Part shown: piece by piece, positions 47,679 to 57,874 of the stretch
Layout of the letters: every line of letters begins with the position of its first letter
How positions within the stretch are numbered: position 1 is the first letter of the stretch
Source of the DNA: a virus
IMG/VR virus record: IMGVR_UViG_3300019888_000004
Span: 3,023-67,022 of that record
Direction: 5' to 3' (one strand)
DNA length: 64,000 nt
Notes under the pieces: generated by a model
What the model was told of the DNA's origin: nothing
Database searches by the model: none
The model's input: the letters and a program-made list of their open reading frames with translations, nothing else
Program-made: the position numbers and the translations under genes

Positions 47679-49063
47679 CAGAAAGGTTTCCAAGTTGCGG
47701 TTGGTGTTCCCAATGTGTAGGTGATTACGGTCCATTCCCCATTTTGCAGGCTGATGGTATTTTGGCCGATGGTGTTGAACACAGTCGTTCCATTTATTCC
47801 GACCGTTCCTGTCACCGATACCCCGTCCACATAAACGTGGACATTCGCCCCGCTCGTGTTCGTCCAGGAAAATGGAGACGCACCAACGGTAATAGTTGCC
47901 GCAGCCAGCTTGTTCGATATGTAGCTAACGAAGCCGTTGGTTGTAACTGAAACGAGTGCCTCTATCTGAGCACCGGCAGTCGCACCATTTGCAAGAAACT
48001 GAATTCGGGTGGTGCTTGGCGAAAGCATTGTTCCACGACCGTTCCAGGAAATTTGTTGTCCTGCTCCTGCTGATATATAGCTAGTCGTCACAATAGGTCC
48101 AGTCCCGTTGATTGTTCCATCTGAATCAAGCCGAATCCCTGTCGAAGCAGGTGCATTTGTTCCATTCCTAAAATATAACCACAACTGGCCGTTTGGGTCA
48201 TTGACAGTTCCTTGGACTGGCACATCAACCCAAAAGAAATCAACATTCGTTGAGCTTCCAGTCGTCCGCATCCCACGCCCGCTCAGTCTAATCGCAGCCC
48301 ATTGCTGCGCGTTAGTCAAAGCCACTTGGCTGTTGACGGCACTAATAATTGGCACAACCGTCGCGCCCGCTCCAGTTGATGTAGTTGCCGAGATAGTTCC
48401 TCCAGTTGTCGTAACACTACCAAGCGCATTGCTGATAGCCACCCCACCAGTACTGATTGAAATACCATTTGTCTGTCGCGCGTCGCCATAACCGATGACT
48501 GAGTTCGTGAATGGATTTGGAGCGCCAGCGGGAGTTCCACTAACCGCCGAAGCAAGAATCCCCGTCAGCAACGCACCATTGTAAGTGCGCCACCGATTAA
48601 GCCCTATCAACTCCAGCAAATAACCGCCTTGATTACCGTTCGTCAGTCCAGCCGCTATTCCGCCTACTGGGACTTGCCCGCCAACTGTCAAGTTTGATGC
48701 CGCATAGCCTGTTGCACCACTAAGATCACCAGCAATCGAGTTCGCCGCGTTGTTTGCGGTGATCGCGCCGGAGAGGTTTAGGGCGCGAGAGTCCTGCGTC
48801 CGAACTAACGAGTTGTAGAACGCTGGGCCGTTTGAGTATGCGATTGATCCGGCATTAAGCACCTGCGCGACGTTGATGTTCGTCTGCGCCAACGCTGCCC
48901 GCAGATCGGTGTTGAGCTTGTTTGTTTCCGGCGCTACGGTCAACAGCACCACGTTCGTCCACGCTGCCGGCGTGTTCGTCGTTCCTGGACCGCGCAGGAC
49001 TGGGCCTTGCGAGAAGGCGGAGAACGACAGGAGCGAGAGAAGGAGGGTAAGGATGATTTTCAT
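47678..49063 (-). CDS. signal-peptide T/N/G-rich tail-fibre-like protein
   Basis: MKIILTLLLSLLSFSAFSQ; beta-rich; ITVGASPFSWTN C-terminus. Confidence 0.55.
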   Translation of the reverse strand: MKIILTLLLSLLSFSAFSQGPVLRGPGTTNTPAAWTNVVLLTVAPETNKLNTDLRAALAQTNINVAQVLNAGSIAYSNGPAFYNSLVRTQDSRALNLSGAITANNAANSIAGDLSGATGYAASNLTVGGQVPVGGIAAGLTNGNQGGYLLELIGLNRWRTYNGALLTGILASAVSGTPAGAPNPFTNSVIGYGDARQTNGISISTGGVAISNALGSVTTTGGTISATTSTGAGATVVPIISAVNSQVALTNAQQWAAIRLSGRGMRTTGSSTNVDFFWVDVPVQGTVNDPNGQLWLYFRNGTNAPASTGIRLDSDGTINGTGPIVTTSYISAGAGQQISWNGRGTMLSPSTTRIQFLANGATAGAQIEALVSVTTNGFVSYISNKLAAATITVGASPFSWTNTSGANVHVYVDGVSVTGTVGINGTTVFNTIGQNTISLQNGEWTVITYTLGTPTATWKPF

Positions 49064-49064
49064 T

Positions 49065-49403
49065 TTATGCGATGAGAGCTACCCAGCCCGTGTTGGTTGC
49101 GCTGCCAGTGACTTTAACCCAAAAATTGTTCGAGTCGGTCGCCACGTAGGTTTGCCCCGGCGAGCCAACCTGAGCGCCTTCTGGTGAGCCGACTCCCGCC
49201 AGCCCGCTTGCGCCACCGCCCGTCACAAGCGACCACACGCCGCCCGATTTTGTGTAAGCGGTGCCAGAATCCCGGTCCACGTACACGTCGCCGTTTGATC
49301 CGAGTGAATCGCTGGGCGCGCCACTGCCGGAATGCAGATCGCCGCCTGCGAAAAGCGTGGTTGGATCAGGCCCTTTCAGGCCGGGAACGTAATCAATAGC
49401 CAT
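49065..49403 (-). CDS. small virion fibre/decoration protein
   Basis: two GSGAP...GDVYVD...YTK...W repeats. Confidence 0.6.
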   Translation of the reverse strand: MAIDYVPGLKGPDPTTLFAGGDLHSGSGAPSDSLGSNGDVYVDRDSGTAYTKSGGVWSLVTGGGASGLAGVGSPEGAQVGSPGQTYVATDSNNFWVKVTGSATNTGWVALIA

Positions 49404-49406
49404 GCC

Positions 49407-49970
49407 CTACTGTTTAACCCCGATTGGCGTCTCTGGCAATGCGATTGTCTCCGGCGCTGGCGTGGCCACCGTCTCGGCGACCATTGGAATCACTTGCTGC
49501 CCCGGCTTGAACGAATCTCGAATTGGCGCTGGTGGATCAGGATTCAGATTGCCGGCCAACCTTCCCTCTGTTTCGAGCAGAGATTTCTGGGCGTAAAGGA
49601 TCACCTGGCCCTGGTTGGCAATCCCGTCCATGATCCTGATTCGCTCCTTCATCGCCTCCTTCGTGTTCTTCCCCTTGTAAAACTGCAAATGCTCCTCCAG
49701 GACGTTAATGTTCTCGAACATCCTGGCCTGCACCATCACGTTCGCGCCGCGGATCAGGTCACGAATGCCAACGTTTCTGATGAACTTTCCAAGCGTCAGG
49801 ATGTTTCGCAGGAAAAGCTTGGTGTCGGTCGTCGTCTGAAGTTTCAGTTCCTCGAAGGCCCGGCGCACGTTCGGATCGGCGCTGTCCACGAGGCCGTCCA
49901 GAGGCGTACCTTCACAGTCAAGCAGGACGACTGGCTTGCTTAGTGCGGGTCTTGTTGGTCGTCGGTCCAT
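49407..49970 (-). CDS. hypothetical helical protein (possible terminase small subunit)
   Basis: size and proximity to terL only. Confidence 0.3.
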   Translation of the reverse strand: MDRRPTRPALSKPVVLLDCEGTPLDGLVDSADPNVRRAFEELKLQTTTDTKLFLRNILTLGKFIRNVGIRDLIRGANVMVQARMFENINVLEEHLQFYKGKNTKEAMKERIRIMDGIANQGQVILYAQKSLLETEGRLAGNLNPDPPAPIRDSFKPGQQVIPMVAETVATPAPETIALPETPIGVKQ

Positions 49971-50343
49971 TGTAATACGAAGCGTTTAATTCATTCGGCC
50001 AACCGTGCGTGCCGCGCGTCTTGGTCCACAGCCAACAATCTGTATGCAATCTTGCTTTCCACGGCATGTGGCACCAGCACCCGTACTGTTCCTCTTTCCC
50101 AGTCTCCGGGTCAATGAATGTATCGCCAGGTGTCCCACATGTCGAGATTTCCGAGAAAAGAGGACAGACCGAACAGTGGGCGGCGCGCTTCGCCCGCAGC
50201 ACGTTGTCCGGCAAGCCGCGACCAAATCGAACGATGGTGTGCGACCAGACGAGAAACCAAAGCACGCCTACGACATCGAACAGACAGAGCCAAGGCCGCA
50301 GGCGGCATTTTGCGACGGTGGCGAGCAGCATTGCTCTCAGCAT
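49918..50343 (-). CDS. Cys-rich protein
   Basis: RAAHCSVCP...CG...GCWC...KA...C. Confidence 0.5.
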   Translation of the reverse strand: MLRAMLLATVAKCRLRPWLCLFDVVGVLWFLVWSHTIVRFGRGLPDNVLRAKRAAHCSVCPLFSEISTCGTPGDTFIDPETGKEEQYGCWCHMPWKARLHTDCWLWTKTRGTHGWPNELNASYYNGPTTNKTRTKQASRPA

Positions 50344-50541
50344 GGCCAGAACGTAACTTGTCGGAGTGAGCGCGTCAGTTCAAAAGTGCCCAGATTGCGG
50401 CAAGCCGCTTTCGGCGGTTGTCCACCCGGAGGACCGCACGGCGGTCTATCTTTACTGCACCGCCACGCCCTGCAATCCGCTCGCGCTTCGCAACCTCGGC
50501 GTGCCGGCAACGGTTGCCGCGCCGAAGAAGAAGCGGCGCCG

Positions 50542-50859
50542 GTGAAAACATTGCTCCAGCGGTTGAATGAGATTTCGCCGAGCCGATGCCGCATCGCGGC
50601 GCAACAGAGAGGACGCCCCATTACACAGCTTGAACTCTCCGTTCGCATCGGCTGGAGCAAAACGAAGGTCATTCGCGTTTCTCGTTTGAAGGCTTGGGAC
50701 ACTCTGTCAATCGCCGATTGCCAAAAGTGGGCGTCTGCTTGCGGGTTGAGACTGCCAAGGTTAAAGAGCGATTTTTACCATCGCCTCAGAAGAACCAAAT
50801 TGGTTTTCTCAAAATTGAAAGAGAGCCAACGGAGAATGTATGGACGGCTGATGAAGTGA
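50542..50859 (+). CDS. HTH-like protein
   Basis: ITQLELSVRIGWSKTKVIR. Confidence 0.5.
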   Translation: MKTLLQRLNEISPSRCRIAAQQRGRPITQLELSVRIGWSKTKVIRVSRLKAWDTLSIADCQKWASACGLRLPRLKSDFYHRLRRTKLVFSKLKESQRRMYGRLMK

Positions 50860-50889
50860 AAAGCGGCGACTGCACTCGCAATCGCCGCT
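50859..50889 (-). terminator. intrinsic terminator
   Basis: AGCGGCGA...TCGCCGCT stem followed by a short U run on the minus strand. Confidence 0.5.
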
Positions 50890-51040
50890 AAAGTAACCAT
50901 ACCGCGGCCATGCCAACCGGACCTCTGCTGGACTCGGCTAGGCTTTGCCAACCGCTGCTGGCCATGCCACAAATTGTTTCACGGGTATGAGTCCGTTTAA
51001 CGAAATGACGTTACCAAAGATTTCAACCGGGAGTCAACAA

Positions 51041-54000
51041 CTATCTCACGCAAACCGCCAAGCCTGCCCTGGCGCCGGTGGCGAACCTCGGAATTGCCTC
51101 AAGTTCGTCGGCAAGTTCCATCAAAAGCGCGTAGCTCACGGCGTCAAAAATGTGTTTTGAATCCTGCCCCGCCGCGACGAAGTTGATCCGGCTGGATGGG
51201 TTGCCCACGGGCGCTCGACCCTTCTTCAAATCGTTCAGCATCTTGATCGTGTAGTGGCAATGCGCTGAAACCTTGATCCGGTCGAACGCCAGAAGTTGCT
51301 GCAAAAGCTGGACGCGCGCCATCATCGTGCCGCGCGGCTTCGGCACTCCAATCAGCACGATGCGACCGAGTGACACGGCGTTGATCTGAACGGCAGGGAA
51401 CGTATCTGCCGTCGCCGAGTACATCGTGACTGCGCTCAAATCCGAGTAGGCTTTTGAGAGATCGAACTTCCTGCCCGCCTGTTCTTCCAAATCGGCGATC
51501 AGGTCCATGAAGTTGTTCGTGAATTCTTCCAGCGACATTTCGGTGTGCAGGCTGACGAGTTCGTCAATGACGGTGAAGTGCGCGCGGCTGATGGTGGTTT
51601 TCGTCTTGGGCAGGTACTGCGTGTAATTCTGCCGCTCGATGATGACGGCGGCGTGGTTGGTTTCGCCGGTGTCCCACCCGGTAATCAGTTCGTAGCAGTT
51701 GTTCGTCGGGTTGGCGAATTCCCATGCGTCCTCGTCCTGGCCGTCCACGTTGCCGACGACGTGAATGTTGGGCTTGAAGAAACGGCGGAAGTGCAGCGAT
51801 GTTTCACCGCTGCCGTAAACCCACTTGCCCTCGACGAACCGCGCGTAAAGACCAGGATCGTAGGAGTACGTGCCTTTCAGTTCTTCAAGCTGGCCGGGCT
51901 TCAAGCGTTCGTTGTCCTCAGCCTGCATTTCGATGACGCGCGTGTTCTGTTTGAAGTTCAGGAACGTGGCCTCGCCCATTGCCGGTCGGCCAAGCTTTAC
52001 CTGCCGGTCGCGGTACTCCTCGTAGGTCAGCTTCGGCTCGATGTAGAACGCTTCATAAATCCACGAGTTCTCGCCTTCGTCGGACGGGTTGGTATCAGCC
52101 AGCCACATCTGCTGCTTGAAGTCCAGGTAGGGCATTCGCAGGCACATCAGGCCGAGACTCAGCACCGCGCGCGTGTAAAAGTTGGAAAGCTCGCTGAAAT
52201 AGATCAGGCTGAACTCGCGCTCCTTCAGAATGGATTCGGCGTCGTTGTCGTTGAGCAAGGAAAACAACATGCACTCGGACTCGCCTCCGTGAAGGTTGGT
52301 CACGCGAAAGAACGGCGTGCGCGTTGTGCCGTCAACCTTTGGACCCACCTTGTCATCGTAGTTGCGCGTCGTGAATCTCATTCCAATCCCTGATTGAATC
52401 CATTCCTTCAAAGTATAGTTTTCAAGATTTTTCCAAGCGCCAGCATCCTTTGAGTTCTTCAACACTCTCGAAAACATTGCGACGCGAGCATTTGGAGTTT
52501 CCCACAAGTGGCGAGCAATGCGGTGGAGCGCCGACCATGAATTGTGATTCACGAATCCGTTCCCAATGAAATTATGAAATCGCGGAACGGATAAATCGTA
52601 AAGGTTCACCTGGCACGGCGTTGCAGACACAACGGCTTCCCATGCTACTTTTCCTTCCAAGAAATATCTATTTAGCACCTCGTCGTCTTGAGACAACGAA
52701 AACGCCATCAGGCGTCTTAACTTTTCGGATGACACTGATCTTCCGCTTGATTTGCAGTATAATCCAGCAGAGCTTTTACCACTTCCGCGAGGAATCGTTC
52801 CCCTTGGCGCCCCTCTTGAGTGTCTCGATAGATAGGCACGCCTAACCTCGGTTCTGATCTCTGGCGGGTAATCCATTGGCTCTTGCAGGTATTTAATAGT
52901 TACAGCGCCTTTTGCTTGTTTTCTGAGCAATCGAAATCCGACCGTTTTGTAAAATAGCCGAGCGTTTTGTCCGTAGATTCCGACCTTCCAATAACCTCGG
53001 TGATTGTTTTCATGGCGTGTCCGCGAGCTTTCTATTCCGAACGCCAGGAGAATCTGATGAACGTCGCAGGCCAGGGATTCGCTCGTGCTGGCAAACGAAG
53101 CGGTTCCCAAACGCCCCATGCCGTCGGTGTCAAATAAGCCCTGCAACAAGGCTTTTAACACTGGCTCTGGAGACTCTATCAAACAGTCGGGGATTCGCTT
53201 GTTAAAGAAATGGACGCCAAGATGCAGGTGTCTGACTAAGGCGATCAACGAAAGGGAGGCGATTTTCCAACCATACGGACCAGATTTGTTGAGTGTGTGA
53301 TCCGGGAAATGCTCCTTCAAGATTTCTCTTACAGCCTCGACAATCTCAGAATCAGCCGTGCTAAACAGGACGCAGCTTTTGGATAAACACGTCTCCGTCA
53401 TACATCCGTCTCCGATCAGAATTCCAATAAGGTAGGCCAAGGATTGATTGAGCGTCAGGTGGTGTTGTTTGATTTTTTTCCGCTCGTTGAAAAAAGAGCG
53501 CACGGCCCTTACCTGAGTTTTTGCCGCTGCCGCTATTTGGCTCACATTTGAGCATTCTCCGGCTTCAACAATGGCAGCGATCCTGTCGTGCGTGGCCGCA
53601 ACGCGGTGTTCCCGCTTGTCCACGGACATGAAGTTGAGCACAAGGCAATCAAAGTCTCGCCACGCGGCTCCTTTTACCAACGGTAGCCAGACGCGCTTTC
53701 CGCTTTCGACCAGCGATTTGATTTCGGTGGAGTTCCTGTAATTGAACACGCCGTCGCAGAAAGACCACACGGGATGCCACGGGGAAACTTTTATTGAATA
53801 GCCAAAATCAGTCACCAGCTTGATCCCGCACTTGTGATCGTTACGAAATACCGCATCAATCGCAGCGGTCGAGAAGCGTGACTGCTGAACATCAAGGGCT
53901 GTTACAGTGTGGCCGTGGCGCATTGATGAAATGCGCTTTAGCGCGCCGTCACAATGCACGATTGTGTCTGCGTCAACACATTTCCCACTGAGGCGGCCAC

Positions 54001-54094
54001 CCGACAGAAGCAGTGCTCGTTCGTACGAATTAAATACCGACCACTGGACGCCAAAGAGATTTGGCAGCCAAATGCGATTGGGTTCTTCAGGCAC
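51041..54094 (-). CDS. terL: terminase large subunit with intein
   Basis: GGRLSGK[intein]S Walker A; FSEL Walker B; DTNP; GWDTG nuclease; HIFDAVSY. Confidence 0.9.
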   Translation of the reverse strand: MPEEPNRIWLPNLFGVQWSVFNSYERALLLSGGRLSGKCVDADTIVHCDGALKRISSMRHGHTVTALDVQQSRFSTAAIDAVFRNDHKCGIKLVTDFGYSIKVSPWHPVWSFCDGVFNYRNSTEIKSLVESGKRVWLPLVKGAAWRDFDCLVLNFMSVDKREHRVAATHDRIAAIVEAGECSNVSQIAAAAKTQVRAVRSFFNERKKIKQHHLTLNQSLAYLIGILIGDGCMTETCLSKSCVLFSTADSEIVEAVREILKEHFPDHTLNKSGPYGWKIASLSLIALVRHLHLGVHFFNKRIPDCLIESPEPVLKALLQGLFDTDGMGRLGTASFASTSESLACDVHQILLAFGIESSRTRHENNHRGYWKVGIYGQNARLFYKTVGFRLLRKQAKGAVTIKYLQEPMDYPPEIRTEVRRAYLSRHSRGAPRGTIPRGSGKSSAGLYCKSSGRSVSSEKLRRLMAFSLSQDDEVLNRYFLEGKVAWEAVVSATPCQVNLYDLSVPRFHNFIGNGFVNHNSWSALHRIARHLWETPNARVAMFSRVLKNSKDAGAWKNLENYTLKEWIQSGIGMRFTTRNYDDKVGPKVDGTTRTPFFRVTNLHGGESECMLFSLLNDNDAESILKEREFSLIYFSELSNFYTRAVLSLGLMCLRMPYLDFKQQMWLADTNPSDEGENSWIYEAFYIEPKLTYEEYRDRQVKLGRPAMGEATFLNFKQNTRVIEMQAEDNERLKPGQLEELKGTYSYDPGLYARFVEGKWVYGSGETSLHFRRFFKPNIHVVGNVDGQDEDAWEFANPTNNCYELITGWDTGETNHAAVIIERQNYTQYLPKTKTTISRAHFTVIDELVSLHTEMSLEEFTNNFMDLIADLEEQAGRKFDLSKAYSDLSAVTMYSATADTFPAVQINAVSLGRIVLIGVPKPRGTMMARVQLLQQLLAFDRIKVSAHCHYTIKMLNDLKKGRAPVGNPSSRINFVAAGQDSKHIFDAVSYALLMELADELEAIPRFATGARAGLAVCVR
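52541..53980 (-). mobile_element. intein with LAGLIDADG endonuclease (480 aa)
   Basis: N-terminal CVDADT, C-terminal YDLSV..HNF..NG..NHN followed by Ser; LIGILIGDG and LLQGLFDTDG. Confidence 0.93.
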
Positions 54095-54146
54095 GCTTGC
54101 AGATTACCCTTGCTTGCGCGAGACTTTCAATCGTATAAGACGCCAC

Positions 54147-54368
54147 ATGGCCACAATGAAAATCACCATTCCCAAAGATCACCCCGCGCACAAGGGCTTG
54201 AAAGTCGGCGACATGGTTGCCATGCGCGGCCCGGTGACGGCGATGGGCGACGAAGGGGCGGAGTGCGAGATGGATGGATGTGAAAAGGAGAAAGCGCCGC
54301 CGAAGGGGAAGAAGAAAATGACGCCGCTCGATTATCTTCGCGCGAAGCGCCGGGGGGAAACAGATTGA
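54147..54368 (+). CDS. small basic protein upstream of the portal
   Basis: follows TTGCGC-N17-TATAAG. Confidence 0.55.
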   Translation: MATMKITIPKDHPAHKGLKVGDMVAMRGPVTAMGDEGAECEMDGCEKEKAPPKGKKKMTPLDYLRAKRRGETD

Positions 54369-56854
54369 TTGATATTGGCTATTTACGCGAATCCGGCCTC
54401 AGCGATTCAAATTTGAAGCTTTGGCTCGGCGGCGACCCGAAGCTCTGGCCCAGCGTCCCCGTTGCGAGTGGCGAGGAAAAGAACGACGCCGACAAGCGCG
54501 TCGCCCTCCACAACCGCATCCGTTCGCGCACCGATGAAGGCCGGCAGCGCAATTTCTCCGATTGGCGCGTGTTCGCGGCCATTGACAAATCATGGTCGCA
54601 AGCTCTCTACCAGATCAGCCCCAGCATTCTCGCCAGTTTCATTGACACCGATCCGAACAGTGAGGACGTGCTGAAACAACTCGACGGCTGGGGCTTGGCA
54701 CATCTCATAACCGAAACGGTTGACGCCAAGAGCGGCAAAGCGGTGAAGAAGCTCAACCTTCCGGTCTTCTTCAAAGTGTTCGTGCCGCTGGTAAAAGCGT
54801 ATGTGACGATCCGTTGGGCGAAGATAATGAATGATCGCCGGCAAACGCCGTTCTTCAAATACGAGCCGTTCAAGCAAACCACGCCGATGCGTCTCAAGTG
54901 CGAGGCGCTCACCGACCGCATCAACGTCATCAGCAACCAGTACGGTTATTACGACGTGATGAAGCAGGCCGTGCTGAAGATGCTCAATTATTCCTACGCG
55001 CTGCAATTCATCACGAAGGAATGGGATTACGAGGAACAATGGCGCAAGGCCACGGCGGAGGATGTGGCTCTGGGAAAGACCAAGGCCGCGCCGAGCGACG
55101 CGGACCCAAACGCGCGCCTGCCGGTGAACGAAGGCGAATACATCAAGGTGACGGACAGGGAAGGGTTGAGTTACCACACACCGCACCCGTCGCGCTCGTT
55201 CTGGGACATGGCGCACGGCAAGCACACGATCAACTACGACCACGGCTGCCAATTCACCGGCTATTGGCGCATCGCCCGCTATCGCGAACTCAAGGAGAGC
55301 AATTTCTGGAACACGGAAGCCATCGCCCTGGGCGGCACGGACCTTATCGGGGCGCACAAGGCGTTTTTCGACAACGTGTACCCGTGCATGATGAAATACG
55401 GATGCGCCTCGGCGACCGCCGCCTCGGCTGAGATTGGCGTCGGCGCTCCGCCACTGGATCGCGAGAAAGAAATTGCCAACCAGTATTACGGCACGGAACT
55501 GCTCGATCAAGGCGTGCTCGTGACCGAGTATTTCGAGAAATTGGTTCCCAAGGACAACGGGCTGGGCACCTACGATTGCCCGGTCTGGTTCAGATTCGTG
55601 CTCGCCGGGGATGGCTGCACGATTCTCTACGCCGCGCCGCTGCCCTACGCGCCGACGATCTATTACGGGTACGACGCCGACGAAAGCTTGTCCAAGAATT
55701 CGAGTCTCGCGCAGGAGGTTCAGCCGTTTCAGGATCATTTCGGCAATGTGCTGACGCAAATCCTGCACACGGCCAAACAGAACCTCGCCAACCTGACGTT
55801 GATTGACGAAGATCAGTTGACCGAGAACGCCTTCAAGAAAATCGGCAACATTGGCGATGACATTTATCAGGGGTTGAACCTGTTCGGGTTCAGCGGCAAG
55901 AAAGCGTTCCGCGGCCAGAACCGCGTGGTGGACGCCATCCACTCGTTCAATCTGCCCAAGGGCAACGTGGCCGAGTTGACGAACGTGCTAAAGACGATTC
56001 TCGACGTGCTGGAGCGCATCCTCGTCATGTCCTCGCAGGAAATCGCGCAAGCCGCTTCGCACGAGCAGACGCGCGAGGAAGTGCGGGTCATCTCGGCTTC
56101 GATGACTTCGCGCTTGCAATTCACATCAACGCCGGTGGACATCGCGACGGCGGCGTGGAAGCGGCAACTGTATCAGGCGGTGATGGCCTACGGCGATGAC
56201 GACATGTGGGCGCACCTGCCATCGGACATTCCATTGAGCAAGGAAGCATTGGAAGCGTTCGGATTTACATACGTGGACAAGGACGCGGTGGTGGGCCGCG
56301 ACCGTTACCGCGCGGTCAAGTTCAACAAGAAATCAACGGCGGTGGACATGTGGCTGTTCGCCAACACCCGGGACGACACTGATCGCGGCAGCGACAAGGA
56401 CGCGGCGGTTGCGTGGAGTCAGATCGTGCAAAACCTGATGAACAACCCGATAAGCGCGCAGGCAATAGGGGCGGATCAGATGATCGAAATTGCCAATCTG
56501 ATCGGGCATCTTTCGGGCGCTTTCCCGCGCGATTGGAATTTGAAGAACGCCGCGCCGAACGTCAGCGAGGAACAGCGCCAACAGCAGGCGCAGGAGCAAC
56601 TGAAGGCCGTCACGGATCAGGTGTTGAGCCAGGTGCATTCCGACATGCAGCACGCAATCGAACCGCTGTTGGAGGCCACGAAGAAAAATAGTGACGAGCT
56701 TGGCATAGTTATGCCAGCGGTGGGCCAACTGATGACGATGCTGCGCGGAGGTGCGCCGCCGCCGATGGCTGGAGGACCGCCAATGCCGCCGCAACTGCCG
56801 CCGAACGGTCAGCCGATGGTTGATCCGAGAATGGTTGGAATGCCAATGCAATGA
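54365..56854 (+). CDS. portal protein (P22/T7-like size)
   Basis: 829 aa, helical, QTREEV, Q/P/M-rich tail; position in the head module. Confidence 0.7.
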   Translation: MIDIGYLRESGLSDSNLKLWLGGDPKLWPSVPVASGEEKNDADKRVALHNRIRSRTDEGRQRNFSDWRVFAAIDKSWSQALYQISPSILASFIDTDPNSEDVLKQLDGWGLAHLITETVDAKSGKAVKKLNLPVFFKVFVPLVKAYVTIRWAKIMNDRRQTPFFKYEPFKQTTPMRLKCEALTDRINVISNQYGYYDVMKQAVLKMLNYSYALQFITKEWDYEEQWRKATAEDVALGKTKAAPSDADPNARLPVNEGEYIKVTDREGLSYHTPHPSRSFWDMAHGKHTINYDHGCQFTGYWRIARYRELKESNFWNTEAIALGGTDLIGAHKAFFDNVYPCMMKYGCASATAASAEIGVGAPPLDREKEIANQYYGTELLDQGVLVTEYFEKLVPKDNGLGTYDCPVWFRFVLAGDGCTILYAAPLPYAPTIYYGYDADESLSKNSSLAQEVQPFQDHFGNVLTQILHTAKQNLANLTLIDEDQLTENAFKKIGNIGDDIYQGLNLFGFSGKKAFRGQNRVVDAIHSFNLPKGNVAELTNVLKTILDVLERILVMSSQEIAQAASHEQTREEVRVISASMTSRLQFTSTPVDIATAAWKRQLYQAVMAYGDDDMWAHLPSDIPLSKEALEAFGFTYVDKDAVVGRDRYRAVKFNKKSTAVDMWLFANTRDDTDRGSDKDAAVAWSQIVQNLMNNPISAQAIGADQMIEIANLIGHLSGAFPRDWNLKNAAPNVSEEQRQQQAQEQLKAVTDQVLSQVHSDMQHAIEPLLEATKKNSDELGIVMPAVGQLMTMLRGGAPPPMAGGPPMPPQLPPNGQPMVDPRMVGMPMQ

Positions 56855-57543
56855 CTCTTGCCGCAAGCGCAACCGAAACGCAGCCTGAAATCCATCAACT
56901 TGTTGGGCGTTATTCGTCTGCGCTGCTCATACTCGGTGACTGCCTGACGATGCTCGGCGAGCATGAATGCGATGCGGTAATCAGTGACCCGCCGTATGGC
57001 ATCGCTCACAAGTCGAGCTTCGACGCCTCGTGGAGCGGAACTGAAATCGCTGGCGACCGCTGCACAACAGCACGCGATACAGTGTGGAATCACTACGCCG
57101 ACAAGCCGCGCGCCATGTTCGGCATCTCGTGGAAGCAACCGCCGCCGACGCTCGTCAGGATTTCTCTCGTCTGGAATAAAGGTCCGGCGTTCGGCGCGGG
57201 CGACCTGCGAATCCCGTGGAAGCCATCATGGGAGGAAATCTACATCGGCGGCGATGGCTGGGTCGGCAAGCGCGATGAAGGCGTCCTGAGTGGTCCGGTA
57301 GTAGTAAGCTGGGAAAGCAAGGGGAGGATGCACCCGCATCAGAAACCTGTGTGGCTCATGTGTCGGCTGCTCGAAAAGCTGCCAGACGCGAAAGTAATAC
57401 TCGACCCATTCATGGGCATCGGAACAACCGGCGTCGCCTGCGCAAAACTGCACCGCAATTTCATCGGCATCGAATTGGACGCCACGCACTTCAAAACCGC
57501 GTGCGACCGCATCGCGGACGAACTAGGAGGCGCGCTGCTATGA
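56851..57543 (+). CDS. DNA N4/N6 methyltransferase (beta class)
   Basis: GDCL, DPPY, HPHQKP, DPFMGIGTTG, FIGIE. Confidence 0.9.
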   Translation: MTLAASATETQPEIHQLVGRYSSALLILGDCLTMLGEHECDAVISDPPYGIAHKSSFDASWSGTEIAGDRCTTARDTVWNHYADKPRAMFGISWKQPPPTLVRISLVWNKGPAFGAGDLRIPWKPSWEEIYIGGDGWVGKRDEGVLSGPVVVSWESKGRMHPHQKPVWLMCRLLEKLPDAKVILDPFMGIGTTGVACAKLHRNFIGIELDATHFKTACDRIADELGGALL

Positions 57544-57836
57544 TACAAATTGTTCAAGTGCCATTTTCAGACCCAGACCGTCAAACACTGCATGACTGGT
57601 TGAATGCGCCCGGACGACTGCTCTACCAGCGATTCCTTTCGAGCCAGGCCAGCGAGATGATGGCCACCGCCGCGAACGTCAGAGTGCGCAACGAGCAAGG
57701 CGACAAAGAAGATTCGGAACTGCTCACCGATCAGGCGCGTGTCATCGTGGCCGCGAACAAAGCGTTCGATCAAGTGTTGACGAAAGAGTTTAAGTTCTAT
57801 TGCGTGGAACTACGCCCTGAAACGCCCGCAAAATGA
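57540..57836 (+). CDS. hypothetical head-module protein
   Basis: AGGAGG RBS, coupled. Confidence 0.55.
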   Translation: MIQIVQVPFSDPDRQTLHDWLNAPGRLLYQRFLSSQASEMMATAANVRVRNEQGDKEDSELLTDQARVIVAANKAFDQVLTKEFKFYCVELRPETPAK

Positions 57837-57874
57837 TGATTGACCTTGCAGATACGTTGAGTCCATCGTGTCCA

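Noticed and set aside
54590-55942. 450-aa antisense ORF in the portal gene
   Set aside because: Codon-bias shadow with no recognisable domain
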